Source: an uncultured virus (IMG/VR IMGVR_UViG_3300047510_001006) (Duplodnaviria; Heunggongvirae; Uroviricota; Caudoviricetes). Taken from it: a stretch of 64,000 nucleotides of DNA. A program made the position numbers and the translations under genes. This document shows positions 39,581-50,595 of the stretch, one piece after another. The DNA is taken from IMG/VR virus record IMGVR_UViG_3300047510_001006; one strand, 5' to 3'. The notes beneath the pieces were generated by a model, which worked only from the letters and a program-made list of their open reading frames with translations, had not been told where the DNA came from and ran no database searches. The number at the start of each line of letters is the position of its first letter. The stretch's first letter is position 1.

Positions 39581-40600
39581 ATGGCTACCTCCCAAGAAAA
39601 CATTAAGATAGAACTTACTCGCCTAGCAATTAAGTTTAAAGATATTTCTGCACGGGGTGCCAAACCTGCCGATTACAAAGAAATTGAAAATTGCTTTCGT
39701 AGGCTAAATAACATATACCCTTTTTATAGCGATTTAAACGAACTCAGTGACGTTACTATAAGTGCTCCTGCGAATGCACAAGTACTAACTTACAACTCTA
39801 CTACGGGTCAATGGGAAAACCAAACTCCCGGAACAGGCACAGGTATAGGTGATATGGATAAGAGTACCTACGATGTCGATAACGATGGCGTTGTAGATGC
39901 AGCAGAAACAATTCAAATTATTGTAAGAAACAGTACAGGTGCTACCTTAACCAAGGGGCAAGTAGTCTACTTGAGCGGAGCAACAGGAAACAGACCAAAT
40001 GCCCTCTTAGCCCAAGCCAATTCGGAGGCTACTTCTTCAAAGACAATAGGTATTGTTGTCGCAAATATTGCAAATAATTCAGACGGGTATGTGGCGATTA
40101 ATGGAACACTACACGACTTAGATACCTCTGCCTTTGCTGATGGAGTTGCTGTGTGGTTGTCTCCTACAGTTGCTGGGGGCATAACCACAACAGTCCCCTC
40201 TGAGCCCAATCACTCAGTTTTTATTGGTTACATTGCTCGGTCTCACCCCAATCAAGGGCGTTTAGTTATTCTAATCCAAAATGGGTACGAGTTAAACGAG
40301 TTGCATAACGTGGTTGCCCCATCACCTTCAGATGGTGATTTGTTAAAATACGATTTGGCAAATGGATATTGGGAAAACTGGACTCCGAATTATTTAACAC
40401 CGGGCTCAGATACCTATATTCACATTCAGAGTGCTCCCTCATCTACATGGAGCGTTGCTCACCCGCTATTGAAGTTTCCATCTGTTACAGTAGTTGACAG
40501 CGCAAACAACAAGGTAGAGGGCGAGGTAAATTACATTGACACAAGCAATTTAACAATTACTTTTTCTGGGTCATTCTCAGGAAAAGCATACTTAAACTAA
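39581..40600 (+). CDS. Tail fibre/hub-associated protein
   Basis: L.EL.DV.I..P...Q.L.Y....G.WEN repeats; W...H.L...PSVTVVD C-terminus. Confidence 0.6.
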   Translation: MATSQENIKIELTRLAIKFKDISARGAKPADYKEIENCFRRLNNIYPFYSDLNELSDVTISAPANAQVLTYNSTTGQWENQTPGTGTGIGDMDKSTYDVDNDGVVDAAETIQIIVRNSTGATLTKGQVVYLSGATGNRPNALLAQANSEATSSKTIGIVVANIANNSDGYVAINGTLHDLDTSAFADGVAVWLSPTVAGGITTTVPSEPNHSVFIGYIARSHPNQGRLVILIQNGYELNELHNVVAPSPSDGDLLKYDLANGYWENWTPNYLTPGSDTYIHIQSAPSSTWSVAHPLLKFPSVTVVDSANNKVEGEVNYIDTSNLTITFSGSFSGKAYLN

Positions 40601-40607
40601 CAATAAA

Positions 40608-42038
40608 ATGGCAAGAAAATTCCTGGTCTCCATAGACCTTAACCAGAATGAGTTGCAAAATGCGAGAGTGCATAATCTTGCAACTCCACCTTCTACCCCC
40701 GTTGAAGGTCAAATCTATTTTGATAGCAGCGTTGGTGACAAATCAATTTATTTCTGGGACGGTACGTCTTGGATTGATGTTGGTGGTGACTTACGCTCTA
40801 TAGTGGCAGGCTCAGGTATTTCTGTAAGTGGAACTCGTGATATCACTGTAAATACAGTATATGATGACTCGTCTATCGGAGTAAACGGATTTAACCAGTT
40901 ATACATCAAGGCAGGTGGTGTTACCAATGCAATGTTGGTCAACTCAGCACTGACAGTAACCGCTGGAGCGGGTCTTACTGGAGGTGGGTCAATTGCACTT
41001 GGAGCGTCTGCAACTTTGAATATCGGAGCAGGTACGGGTATTACCGTCAACGCTGACGATGTAGCACTTGACACCACGTCTACTCGTAACACAGACCACT
41101 CTGCGGTAGTACTTACAGCAGGAGCAGGTTTGACAGGCGGAGGAGACATCACAGCGTCTCGCACATTCACAGTAGGTGCTGGTACAGGTATCACGGTTAA
41201 CGCTGATGACGTAGCACTTGCTGGAGCAGGCTCTTTGTCTGCAAACACCTTGACCAAATGGAATGGGTCTCAGCTAGTAAATAGCACTATCACGGATGAC
41301 GGAACAACCGTAACCATCGGTGCTAACTTAACAGTAACTGGAAGCATTACCTATATCAACTCAAACACTGTAGAGATTGGGGACTCAATTATTCTTCTTA
41401 ACAGGGACGAAGTTGGTACTCCTTCTCAGAACGCAGGTTTTGAAGTAGAGCGTGGTACTTCTGCCAACGTATCTTTCATTTGGAACGAGACCTCTGACTA
41501 CTTCTCAACTATCGACCAGCCCTTCCACATTGGGTCAATTGCTGATGCTGGTGCTGCATATAGCGGAAATAAATACTTGGTTAGTGATGGTGGAGTTGTC
41601 AAGTTCTTGACAGCGGCTGATTTAGCTACCGATATCACGGGGGCAATGACCTTCACCGCAGGAAATGGTATTGATATTTCGGTCTCAGGTTCAACAATTA
41701 CAATTGACGCTGAAGTAGCCTCTACCACCAACGAAGGTATCGTAGAACTTGCTACAGGAGCAGAAACAAACGGATTAAGCGATTCAACAAGAGCGGTAAC
41801 TCCTCTCAGTTTGGCATCATTAAGGTATGCAATCACTGGACCTCTAGTGAACGCAGCCAATATGACAATCACTCACAACTTAGGTACAAAAGATGTAATT
41901 GTGCAAGTATATGAGTTAGCCACTGGGGACACTGTAGAATGTGATTGTATTAGGACTTCAACTACCCAACTTACACTCATATTTGCACAGACCGTACTTG
42001 CTAACACCTTGCGTGTTTTACTGATCAAAATTGCTTAA
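40608..42038 (+). CDS. Tail fibre protein
   Basis: AGAGLTGGG / AGTGITV repeats; THNLGT. Confidence 0.65.
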   Translation: MARKFLVSIDLNQNELQNARVHNLATPPSTPVEGQIYFDSSVGDKSIYFWDGTSWIDVGGDLRSIVAGSGISVSGTRDITVNTVYDDSSIGVNGFNQLYIKAGGVTNAMLVNSALTVTAGAGLTGGGSIALGASATLNIGAGTGITVNADDVALDTTSTRNTDHSAVVLTAGAGLTGGGDITASRTFTVGAGTGITVNADDVALAGAGSLSANTLTKWNGSQLVNSTITDDGTTVTIGANLTVTGSITYINSNTVEIGDSIILLNRDEVGTPSQNAGFEVERGTSANVSFIWNETSDYFSTIDQPFHIGSIADAGAAYSGNKYLVSDGGVVKFLTAADLATDITGAMTFTAGNGIDISVSGSTITIDAEVASTTNEGIVELATGAETNGLSDSTRAVTPLSLASLRYAITGPLVNAANMTITHNLGTKDVIVQVYELATGDTVECDCIRTSTTQLTLIFAQTVLANTLRVLLIKIA

Positions 42039-42055
42039 TTTCGTGAGACCAAAAA

Positions 42056-45000
42056 ATGAGAAAATTCATAACAGACATACTTGTCAAGGCCAGCCTTGGC
42101 GTAGAGCAGAATGCCTATGTATTGGGTACAGTAGGTATTGGTACTATTAGTCCTGCCGCTAAACTTCATGTAGAAGGAACTATATATTCTCCTACATATA
42201 CTAGCGGAGGCATAACAATAAACTCAGGAGATTTTCTATTTTCTGCTGAAGGTGGTGGAGATGGATTTCAAATGGATTACTACAATGGTCAGATGTATTT
42301 AGGCAATAATGCTGGTACATCTTGGCACATGGTAATGCAAGACAATGGCAATATAGGTATCGGTACTACAAGTCCAACTGACAAACTTCAAGTTGTAGCA
42401 TCTACATATAATGGCATAACAATTACAACGCCAGATGTAGCAACATTTAAAATGAGGTCAACAAGCGGTACTACCAGTTGGGGATTTGCAACAACAAACT
42501 TAGCAGCAAATGATTTTGGTATTTATCAAAGTAATTCTGGTGGTGGTGATCCAATTAATGCAGGTACAGCAAGACTTTATTTTAATGGCAGTGGTAACGT
42601 AGGTATCGGTACTACTGCTCCAATTTCAAAACTTCAGGTTAATGGACAATTTAGACAGTTATATTCTCGTGCATTTATATCTAATCCATTAGATAGTGAT
42701 GGATATGCTGGTCATATAATTGTAAACAGTAATAATGCAAATGGAGACCTTGCTGGTATTGGCCTTTATACAAACTCTTCGTATAACGCAGCTGCGGGAT
42801 TGTTTGCATTACAAGAGAGTTCTACTGCTGCATCAATGGTGTTCTATGCTGGTAGTAATCTTGCCACCGAACGTATGCGTATCACCGCTGGTGGTAACGT
42901 AGGTATAGGGACTGCATCAACAGTTGTAAATTCATTATTAAATGTAGCTGGTGGAGTAAATACAACAACAGGAATTATAGGTTATGATACATCAGATGCA
43001 TTTACTTTTAATGGAAAAACACAACCACATTACGGATTTAACTTAAATCCAACCGGAAGTAGTCCTATAGGAATATCTGGTTATTTTGGTATTAATTTCG
43101 CTACAAACGGAACAGAAAGACTTAGAATAGATTATGTGGGCAACGTAGGTATCGGAACAGCTAGTCCAGCTTACAAGCTTGATGTTAGTGTAGCATCCCA
43201 GCATGTAGCTAGGTTTACAAGTACAACTGCAGATAATGGAGGTTTAATAATTAATAAATCAAATGCTTCCTATAATCCTAATATACTGTTACAAACCGGA
43301 GGTAATACTAAATGGTATATACTAAACGCTAGCAACGACAGCGATAAATTCCAATTATATGAGTCTACAGGAACAAACCCTAGGTTTACTTTAACACAAG
43401 CAGGTAACATAGGTGTTGGTACTACTAGTCCTGTTGGTAAGTTAAGTATACTTGTAGATGGAGCTAGTACTTGGTCTCAATATATTCAAACTCCATTAAC
43501 TGGTAATAAAAGGAATTCAATAGGTTTCCACGACTATACGGGGTCCAATATAGCAGCAATTTTAACCGATGTTAATGCTAACAATACAGCAGATTTTGGC
43601 ATTTCTGTTCCAAATGGATCTCCAAGACTTGTAATTACATCTAGTGGGAACGTAGGCATTGGAACTACTAGCCCATATGGTAGATTAGAGCTGAATGGAA
43701 GCGGTCAAACTTGGCCAACTGCCCCTGCTATTAGAATGTGGGATTCATTCAATTCTAAGGGGTGGCTTGTTGGGAGTGCAAATAATTATACTGCTGGTGA
43801 TTTTTATATAAGAACACTACCCTCTGTTAGTGGGGATCCTGGTGCTGGGCAACAGGAATTTACAATAAAACACGCAACTGGTAACGTAGGAATTGGTACT
43901 ACTAGTCCGGGAGCAAAGTTACACGTAAGTCAAGGGGCGTCTGGAAATTCTTTGCCATCAAATGCACAAGCGGTTTTTGAATATGATGCAAATGGTGGAA
44001 TAGCGGTTTCAACACCAACGGGGAATGCTGCGGGAGTTTATTTTCCATACTCTACAAGTCCATACTATGCAGGCATAGATAGATTTGAAACAAACTTAAG
44101 ATTTTTTAGTGGTGACTCCGAACGTATGCGTATTAATGCTTCGGGTAACGTAGGTATTGGTACTACTAGTCCATTAAGTAAGGTTCATATCGAAGATTCA
44201 TCACCTATTCTAACAATTAAAGGAGTAGGGAATGGAGAATTTGGACTTAAAATAACTGATGGCAGTGCTAATACTGGAGGTATCACATACAATTCTAATA
44301 CTGGGGAACAAAGAATAATTGGTGGTCAGTCTTATGTTTTTCAAACTATTTACTCTGGTGGTTCCGAAAGAATGCGTATTACTACTGGTGGTAACGTAGG
44401 TATAGGTACGACTAGTCCTGCAGATAAACTTCAAGTTCAAAATGGGAATTTAAGTTTATATTCTAATTCTTATGGTAATACTGGTCTTGTAAGGCATTTT
44501 GGAACAGATAGCTTAGAAAAGTATCAGCAAGGATTAACTACTGGAGGGGACTTCTACCAATATACATTTAGTGGGTTAAATCACATATTCTACACAAATA
44601 ATGGCTTCGAAAGAATGCGTATCACCTCTGGCGGTAACGTAGGTATTGGTACTACGAGTCCGGGGTCAAAATTGCACGTATATAGTGGAAGCTCTGGAGG
44701 TACCCCATACACCGAAGGCATAACAGCTGAAAGCAATAGCAGAGTGGCTCTCAACCTGCTTTCTGGAGCTGCCAATGATAGTTATGTATTCTTTGGCAAT
44801 TCATCAGCAGGAAATGCAGGATATATTGGATACGAAAACACAGCTAACAGGCTTGTATTAAGAAGTAGCGATTACGTTTCACTTCTAGATAGTACAGGTG
44901 AAGTAATTAGGATAGATGGCGGCAACGTAGGTATTGGTACAACTAGTCCTACTCTTGTAAATTTTGGGCGTGAATTAGTTATAAGTCAGATAACTGGAGG

Positions 45001-47887
45001 ACAACCTGAAGCGTTTTTAGCAATACAAGGAAACAGAACTGATGATAACAATATCGGAGGGGTAAATTTTTACAACAATTCTAATTTTTTAGCTAGTGTT
45101 GCGGCAAGAAGGACAGGGGCTGACAACTCTGGAGCACTAACGTTTAATACATCAAATTCTGGAACAGGATCTGAAAAGATGCGTATCACCTCTGGGGGTA
45201 ATGTATTGATTGGAACGACTACAGATGTAGGCTCTAAACTATATGTTGATGGAACAATAAGAACTTCGGGGGCCTTGGTAAGTGGCGGGTTATTAGAGTT
45301 TACAGGAGGATGGTCTGCAAGTCCTTACAATCCATCATCATGGATTAGAGCAGCATCAGGAGTAGGCTTATTCTTAGTAAACAACAGTATCTCTAAATGG
45401 GCTGGATTTAATTCAACTAGTGATTTCATTGTAAATAGCGGAGACATATACGTTAGTTCTTCAAGCGGTAATGTAGGTATTGGTACTACTAGTCCTTCTG
45501 AAAAACTTGCAGTCGCAGGTAGGATAACATTATCTGGGTCTGAGTTTTCATTTAGTGGTGATGAAGATAAAAATATCACTGTATTTAGTAATAGGTTATT
45601 AAACCTTCGTACTAATGACATAACCAGGCTTACAATTACAGGATCAGGTAACGTAGGTATAGGAACTGCTAGTCCAGGATACGCTTTAGACGTAATTGCT
45701 AGGGCAAGCGGTGAAGGTGGAGTAAGATTTTGGAATAATAGAGCGGCTTCATCTACGGTTGATAGTGTTGCGATACATCTTAATGTAAGCAATACTGTTG
45801 GTATGACTGGTGGAAAAATAGTTGTTGCCGAGAACACCAATGACGCTTGGCCAACAAATATGCAGTTTTACATAAATTCCGCAGGCTCAAGTTATTCACC
45901 AGTTGAAGCAATGCGCATCACCAGCGCAGGCAACGTAGGTATAGGTACTACTAGTCCAAGCGCCTTATTTCACGTATCACAAGCATCAGCAGCTACAGTT
46001 CTAAGAATAGGAAACAATTCAAATTATGATCAATCTATCCTTTTTAATGGCGGTAATGATTGGTCGCTGGGTATGGATTATTCTAATTCAAACGCATTTG
46101 TTTTATCAAACTATTCTTCATTAGGAACAAATGACAGACTTGTAGTTACTACTGGCGGAAACGTAGGTATAGGCACTGCTAGTCCTACTGAGAAACTACA
46201 CATTGTTGGATCAAATGCACTTCAGATTATTCAATCAACTACAGCTGGTCAAAACTCAACACTAAAGTTTATAACTACAGCTAGGACGTGGGGGATTGGT
46301 GCCAATATGGGGCTTTCTAATTCAAATCTTGAAATATATGACTATACCGCTTCAGCAAACCGCCTAACAATAGATTCATCAGGCAACGTTGGTATTGGTA
46401 CTACTGCTCCAAGTGCAAAGTTAGAGGTAGCAGATTTTGGTGGAGCTACTATTAAAATATCAAATAAGACAGATGGTGGGCAAACAACAGGAGATTTAGT
46501 TGGAGCCTTAGATTATTACAGCTACGATGCGGATTATCCTCGTACAATGGCTTATGTTCGTTCTTATGTAACAGAACAGTTTGGTAGAGCAGCTGACCTG
46601 AGGTTTGCTACAACAGCAACAAATGCTGTAGCAGCGGAAGCAATGCGTATTACCTCCGCAGGTAACGTAGGTATTGGTACAACTAGTCCTAGTGCAAAGT
46701 TAGAAGTTGCAGGAAATATTAAAGGCCAAGGATTATACTACAATGGATCCACTGGTGGAGAATTACGATTAGATAATAGTTATGGTGGTGGAATAGGTTA
46801 TTATGCTGACGAAATTGGACATAATTTCTACACATGGATTAGCGGTGTAGGATGGGTTAACAAAATGGCCATTACAGATGCAGGCAACGTAGGTATAGGT
46901 ACTACTAGTCCAGTGTCAATAAGCGGATACACATCTTTAGATATTAATAATGCAACTAACGGTGGTCTTATTCAATTAAGCAGGGCTGGAGTTGGATTTG
47001 GGCAATTATACAATAATGCCTCCGAAGTACAGTTAAGAAGCATTGCGGCTGTTCCGTTGGTATTTGGCACCAACTCATCTGAAAAGATGCGCATCACCAG
47101 CGCAGGCAACGTAGGTATAGGTACTACTAGTCCAGGACAAAAACTAACATTAATCAATGGTACTTTTCAAATAGGTGGAACTTCAACTTTTTCTGATAAT
47201 GTAGAAATAGGTAGGGTTGGGAGTGACAACAATATGGCGTTTGCTACGGGAGGTACAGAACGTATGCGTATCACCGCTGGCGGCAACGTAGGTATTGGTA
47301 CTACTAGTCCTGCTAGTAAACTTGAAGTAAGAGGTACAGTAACATTTTTTGGCGACAGTAGTTTCCAACCTGGTAATTTAACTTTAACTGATGTTACTTC
47401 TGGAGGTAGTAGTTGGAGTATTTATAGTGGATTTCCATCACTCGGAGATTTTACAATTAGAGAAAGTGGTGTTGCTAACCATCTTACAATTAAAAAAACA
47501 TCTGGGAACTTCGGTATCGGAACCACTTCGCCTTCCTACAAACTACACGTTGAAGGCAATACATCGGGAATATCTATCTATGCGTCTCATGACATTGCAG
47601 CGTTCTCAGACATCACAGTTAAGAAAGAAGTTAAGAGGATTGAGAATGCCATCGAGAAGGTAAAAGAGCTGAACGGTTACACATACGTGCGTACAGATGA
47701 TGAGACAGGTACTAGAAGGGCCGGGGTTATCGCACAGGAAGTACAGAAGGTATTGCCAGAGGTTGTCTCTGCAAACCCTGACGGCACTCTGAACGTAGCG
47801 TACTCTAACATGATCGCACTTCTGATCGAGGGAATGAAGGAACAGCAGAAGGAAATTGACGAACTTAAGAAGCTACTTAAGAAATGA
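42056..47887 (+). CDS. Long tail fibre with ~23 GNVGIGTTSP repeats and C-terminal intramolecular chaperone (peptidase S74)
   Basis: Repeats counted in translation; SD...K, GVIAQEV..VLPE and V.Y.....LLIE..KE chaperone motifs. Confidence 0.85.
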   Translation: MRKFITDILVKASLGVEQNAYVLGTVGIGTISPAAKLHVEGTIYSPTYTSGGITINSGDFLFSAEGGGDGFQMDYYNGQMYLGNNAGTSWHMVMQDNGNIGIGTTSPTDKLQVVASTYNGITITTPDVATFKMRSTSGTTSWGFATTNLAANDFGIYQSNSGGGDPINAGTARLYFNGSGNVGIGTTAPISKLQVNGQFRQLYSRAFISNPLDSDGYAGHIIVNSNNANGDLAGIGLYTNSSYNAAAGLFALQESSTAASMVFYAGSNLATERMRITAGGNVGIGTASTVVNSLLNVAGGVNTTTGIIGYDTSDAFTFNGKTQPHYGFNLNPTGSSPIGISGYFGINFATNGTERLRIDYVGNVGIGTASPAYKLDVSVASQHVARFTSTTADNGGLIINKSNASYNPNILLQTGGNTKWYILNASNDSDKFQLYESTGTNPRFTLTQAGNIGVGTTSPVGKLSILVDGASTWSQYIQTPLTGNKRNSIGFHDYTGSNIAAILTDVNANNTADFGISVPNGSPRLVITSSGNVGIGTTSPYGRLELNGSGQTWPTAPAIRMWDSFNSKGWLVGSANNYTAGDFYIRTLPSVSGDPGAGQQEFTIKHATGNVGIGTTSPGAKLHVSQGASGNSLPSNAQAVFEYDANGGIAVSTPTGNAAGVYFPYSTSPYYAGIDRFETNLRFFSGDSERMRINASGNVGIGTTSPLSKVHIEDSSPILTIKGVGNGEFGLKITDGSANTGGITYNSNTGEQRIIGGQSYVFQTIYSGGSERMRITTGGNVGIGTTSPADKLQVQNGNLSLYSNSYGNTGLVRHFGTDSLEKYQQGLTTGGDFYQYTFSGLNHIFYTNNGFERMRITSGGNVGIGTTSPGSKLHVYSGSSGGTPYTEGITAESNSRVALNLLSGAANDSYVFFGNSSAGNAGYIGYENTANRLVLRSSDYVSLLDSTGEVIRIDGGNVGIGTTSPTLVNFGRELVISQITGGQPEAFLAIQGNRTDDNNIGGVNFYNNSNFLASVAARRTGADNSGALTFNTSNSGTGSEKMRITSGGNVLIGTTTDVGSKLYVDGTIRTSGALVSGGLLEFTGGWSASPYNPSSWIRAASGVGLFLVNNSISKWAGFNSTSDFIVNSGDIYVSSSSGNVGIGTTSPSEKLAVAGRITLSGSEFSFSGDEDKNITVFSNRLLNLRTNDITRLTITGSGNVGIGTASPGYALDVIARASGEGGVRFWNNRAASSTVDSVAIHLNVSNTVGMTGGKIVVAENTNDAWPTNMQFYINSAGSSYSPVEAMRITSAGNVGIGTTSPSALFHVSQASAATVLRIGNNSNYDQSILFNGGNDWSLGMDYSNSNAFVLSNYSSLGTNDRLVVTTGGNVGIGTASPTEKLHIVGSNALQIIQSTTAGQNSTLKFITTARTWGIGANMGLSNSNLEIYDYTASANRLTIDSSGNVGIGTTAPSAKLEVADFGGATIKISNKTDGGQTTGDLVGALDYYSYDADYPRTMAYVRSYVTEQFGRAADLRFATTATNAVAAEAMRITSAGNVGIGTTSPSAKLEVAGNIKGQGLYYNGSTGGELRLDNSYGGGIGYYADEIGHNFYTWISGVGWVNKMAITDAGNVGIGTTSPVSISGYTSLDINNATNGGLIQLSRAGVGFGQLYNNASEVQLRSIAAVPLVFGTNSSEKMRITSAGNVGIGTTSPGQKLTLINGTFQIGGTSTFSDNVEIGRVGSDNNMAFATGGTERMRITAGGNVGIGTTSPASKLEVRGTVTFFGDSSFQPGNLTLTDVTSGGSSWSIYSGFPSLGDFTIRESGVANHLTIKKTSGNFGIGTTSPSYKLHVEGNTSGISIYASHDIAAFSDITVKKEVKRIENAIEKVKELNGYTYVRTDDETGTRRAGVIAQEVQKVLPEVVSANPDGTLNVAYSNMIALLIEGMKEQQKEIDELKKLLKK

Positions 47888-48453
47888 GCACGCCAACATC
47901 TGGGGTAATACTCATCGGGGACTTGATAACGGACTTGGACATCACAACTCCAAGTCCTGCCCTGTTCTCGCAGTTCAACGACTACGGGCTGTTTGATGGA
48001 TACGCTGATGCCTACAGCTACGTGGACCAAACAACCATCAAGATGAGCGGATTCTACAACCTAGAGGCTAAGGTAGGATACTCTTTCCAAGTTCAGTCAT
48101 CAGTACCAGCAAGCCTTACAAGTTGCGACTTTCAAGTTTTTGAATCGATTGGTATAGGCACTCCAGGACTAAATCCTGCTGTATCTCCTTTTACGGTCAA
48201 CGGAGTACCACCAAACACAACACAGGGTGGTGGCGGTGTTCCACACTGGGACCAGATAACCCTACAAGTTAACTTTATCGCAACGCCCGGTCCTCCTCCG
48301 TTCCCTACAGTAACCGTAGAGTACTCATACAACGGGAGTACGTGGACAGACTTCGGTGGCTCTCCGTATCAAGTAGCGCCCGGTGCAAGTGCATCATCTG
48401 GAATAATTGACCACACAGGAAACGGTCAGAACATCTATGTTAGGGTGTATTGA
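47884..48453 (+). CDS. Tail-associated hypothetical protein
   Basis: P.SG.I N-terminus; follows fibre gene. Confidence 0.5.
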   Translation: MSTPTSGVILIGDLITDLDITTPSPALFSQFNDYGLFDGYADAYSYVDQTTIKMSGFYNLEAKVGYSFQVQSSVPASLTSCDFQVFESIGIGTPGLNPAVSPFTVNGVPPNTTQGGGGVPHWDQITLQVNFIATPGPPPFPTVTVEYSYNGSTWTDFGGSPYQVAPGASASSGIIDHTGNGQNIYVRVY

Positions 48454-48483
48454 TTTTTGTTAAATATTGAGTATATTTGTATT

Positions 48484-49080
48484 ATGGCTTATGTCTACAG
48501 ACATATTAGATTAGATGAGAATTTACCTTTCTATATTGGTATAGGAAGTGACGAATCGTTTAGTAGATCTAGAGAAAGATGTAGAAGAAGTGAGCTGTGG
48601 AATAAAATTGCAGCAAAGACAGAATACAGAGTAGAGATTCTATTTGATGATTTGACCTGGGAAGAAGCAAAGCAAAAAGAAATAGAATTTATTGCATTAT
48701 ACGGTAGGATAGATAAAGGACTTGGGTCATTAACCAATCTTACTGACGGTGGAGAGGGGACGCTTGGTGTAATTGTAAGTAAAGAAAAAAGAGAATTATT
48801 CAGTAGAGTACATAGCGGGAAGGTAACTTCTCCTGAAGTAAGAAAAAAAATTAGCGATACTTTAAAGTCAAAACCTAAAGACGAAGAAAGAATAGCTAAA
48901 TTTATAAAGGATGCTTTGGTATATTCTAAAAGCATTAGAAAAAAAGTACTTTGTTTAGATAACGGAATGGTTTTTGATTCTGCTACAGAGGCAGGAGTTT
49001 ACTTCGGAATAACTAGAACTGCCATTAGTAGACAAATAACCGGAGTGAGAAAAAATAAACACAATTTGAAACACGTATAA
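48484..49080 (+). CDS. GIY-YIG-like homing endonuclease with NUMOD-type C-terminus; start revised to 48484
   Basis: YVYRH...FYIGIG, NLTDGGEG, RKKIS and F.SA.EA motifs; TATATTTG 4 nt upstream of ATG. Confidence 0.75.
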   Translation: MAYVYRHIRLDENLPFYIGIGSDESFSRSRERCRRSELWNKIAAKTEYRVEILFDDLTWEEAKQKEIEFIALYGRIDKGLGSLTNLTDGGEGTLGVIVSKEKRELFSRVHSGKVTSPEVRKKISDTLKSKPKDEERIAKFIKDALVYSKSIRKKVLCLDNGMVFDSATEAGVYFGITRTAISRQITGVRKNKHNLKHV

Positions 49081-49089
49081 AAAATAATC

Positions 49090-49572
49090 ATGGCTATAAG
49101 AATAACAAAATCAATCGGTACCAACAGGGGTATTACCCAAAATGCTTACATTCGCATCGCTGATTATCAGATCAGTAAGTCTGGTAGCGCAAACTTCCGC
49201 ATCCAATTATACATGGACGAAGCGGCAGCAAAAGAGAACAGCATGATGATGGGGGCTCAGGCTCAAAACATTGAAATCGGAGAATCTTTGAACGTTTCTT
49301 TGATGAAAGAAGTAGAAGAGACCTACACTTACACTCAAACTGTACAAGAAGAAAAAGAGGTTGTAAAGACCTACACCAACGATGCAGGAGAAGAAGTATC
49401 TGAGACCGTTAAGGAAATGGTTCCAGTAGAAAAAGAAATGACAGGAACTCGCAAGAGTAACGTTATTGACTTGTCTCCATTGCAGGGTGTTGACATTTTC
49501 GCTTATGCTTATGGTAAACTCAAAGAAAAATTAATTTCTTTGTATGGTGCTACCAAAGTAGAAGATTGTTAA
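49090..49572 (+). CDS. Hypothetical tail-associated protein
   Basis: 160 aa; AY.KLK...EDC end. Confidence 0.55.
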   Translation: MAIRITKSIGTNRGITQNAYIRIADYQISKSGSANFRIQLYMDEAAAKENSMMMGAQAQNIEIGESLNVSLMKEVEETYTYTQTVQEEKEVVKTYTNDAGEEVSETVKEMVPVEKEMTGTRKSNVIDLSPLQGVDIFAYAYGKLKEKLISLYGATKVEDC

Positions 49573-49629
49573 TTAGTTTTTTGGATATATAAAAAATTGT
49601 ACTATATTCGCAGTACTAATTAGGAAAAT

Positions 49630-49908
49630 ATGTCTATCACTTTAACTGAACAAGAAATCGAAGCCGTAAAAGGTTTCCAACAACAAACAAACGCAATCAT
49701 TGGTGATTTGGGTCGCATCACTTTTCAAATCGTTGATTTGGAAGAGTTGAAAGGAAGAGTATTGGAAGCAAAAGTTAAATTAGCTGCTGACCAAAACGAA
49801 TTCTTCAAGACCATCGAATCATCTTATGGTAAGGGTCAAATCAACTTGGATACTTTCGAGTTTATCCCAGCTGAGGAGCCAACACCAACGATGGAAGTTG
49901 TACAGTAA
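49630..49908 (+). CDS. Coiled-coil phage protein (YG.GQINL motif)
   Basis: 92-aa ORF with own promoter-like element and terminator. Confidence 0.6.
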   Translation: MSITLTEQEIEAVKGFQQQTNAIIGDLGRITFQIVDLEELKGRVLEAKVKLAADQNEFFKTIESSYGKGQINLDTFEFIPAEEPTPTMEVVQ

Positions 49909-49932
49909 AACATTAATTTACTTATCCAAGAG

Positions 49933-49959
49933 AGGCAGCCTAAATGGTTGCCTTTTTTG
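49933..49959 (+). terminator. Intrinsic terminator
   Basis: AGGCAGCC-TAAAT-GGTTGCCT followed by T-run. Confidence 0.75.
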
Positions 49960-49985
49960 TTTTTATTTATTATCTTTGATATAGG

Positions 49986-50216
49986 ATGAAATTCTTTCAA
50001 ATTTTTAAAGACGAGCACGATAAGTTTTCCGCAAATCGTTTTGTAGGTATTCTTTGTGCTATTGCCCTGTGTGCTACTATGTATCACAATTCTTTTTCGG
50101 AAGAACACGTAGCCCCTGCTTCTATCTTGGTAGAGTGTGTGACTGCCCTTGCATTTGGTGCATTGGGTCTCGGAGCTGCTAATAAAATCTTTAAAAAGAA
50201 GAATGCCGAAGGATAA
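49986..50216 (+). CDS. Putative holin (2 TM)
   Basis: Two hydrophobic segments; basic C-terminus. Confidence 0.5.
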   Translation: MKFFQIFKDEHDKFSANRFVGILCAIALCATMYHNSFSEEHVAPASILVECVTALAFGALGLGAANKIFKKKNAEG

Positions 50217-50493
50217 GCCCATAGCGAAAACAACCAAAGGCAAGAACGCCAATTACCTCCCTACCAAAAGTGGAGCAGGTATGACGGCTAAAGGCGTGGC
50301 TGCATATCGCAAAGCAAATCCCGGATCTAAATTAAAGACAGCCGTTACTGGTAAGGTAAAGGCAGGTAGTGCAGACGCTAAGAGACGCAAATCATTTTGT
50401 GCTCGTAGTGCTGGTCAAATGAAAATGTTCCCAAAGGCGGCCTCAGATCCAAATTCACGTCTGAGACAAGCCCGTAAAAGATGGAAGTGCTAA
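50203..50493 (+). CDS. Small basic phage protein (DUF6321-like); start revised to 50203
   Basis: G.T.KG...Y...NPGS.L...V, RRKSFCAR and NSR...A..RW.C motifs. Confidence 0.65.
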   Translation: MPKDKPIAKTTKGKNANYLPTKSGAGMTAKGVAAYRKANPGSKLKTAVTGKVKAGSADAKRRKSFCARSAGQMKMFPKAASDPNSRLRQARKRWKC

Positions 50494-50595
50494 TATGTAT
50501 AACTGTAATTTTGTAGCTAAAAAGCTAGAACACAACAACTCAAAGCCCACTAAGACAAGTGGCAAAGTAAAGGTAAAAAAGAATAAATAAATATT

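Noticed and set aside
42110..47540. CRISPR-like repeat-spacer array or DGR target in the fibre gene
   Set aside because: Repeats are in-frame coding linkers with long variable modules; no cas or reverse transcriptase gene seen
13156..48935. Numerous antisense ORFs inside structural genes (e.g. 16322..17134, 14561..15091, 40748..41257)
   Set aside because: Shadow ORFs arising from codon bias of the + strand genes
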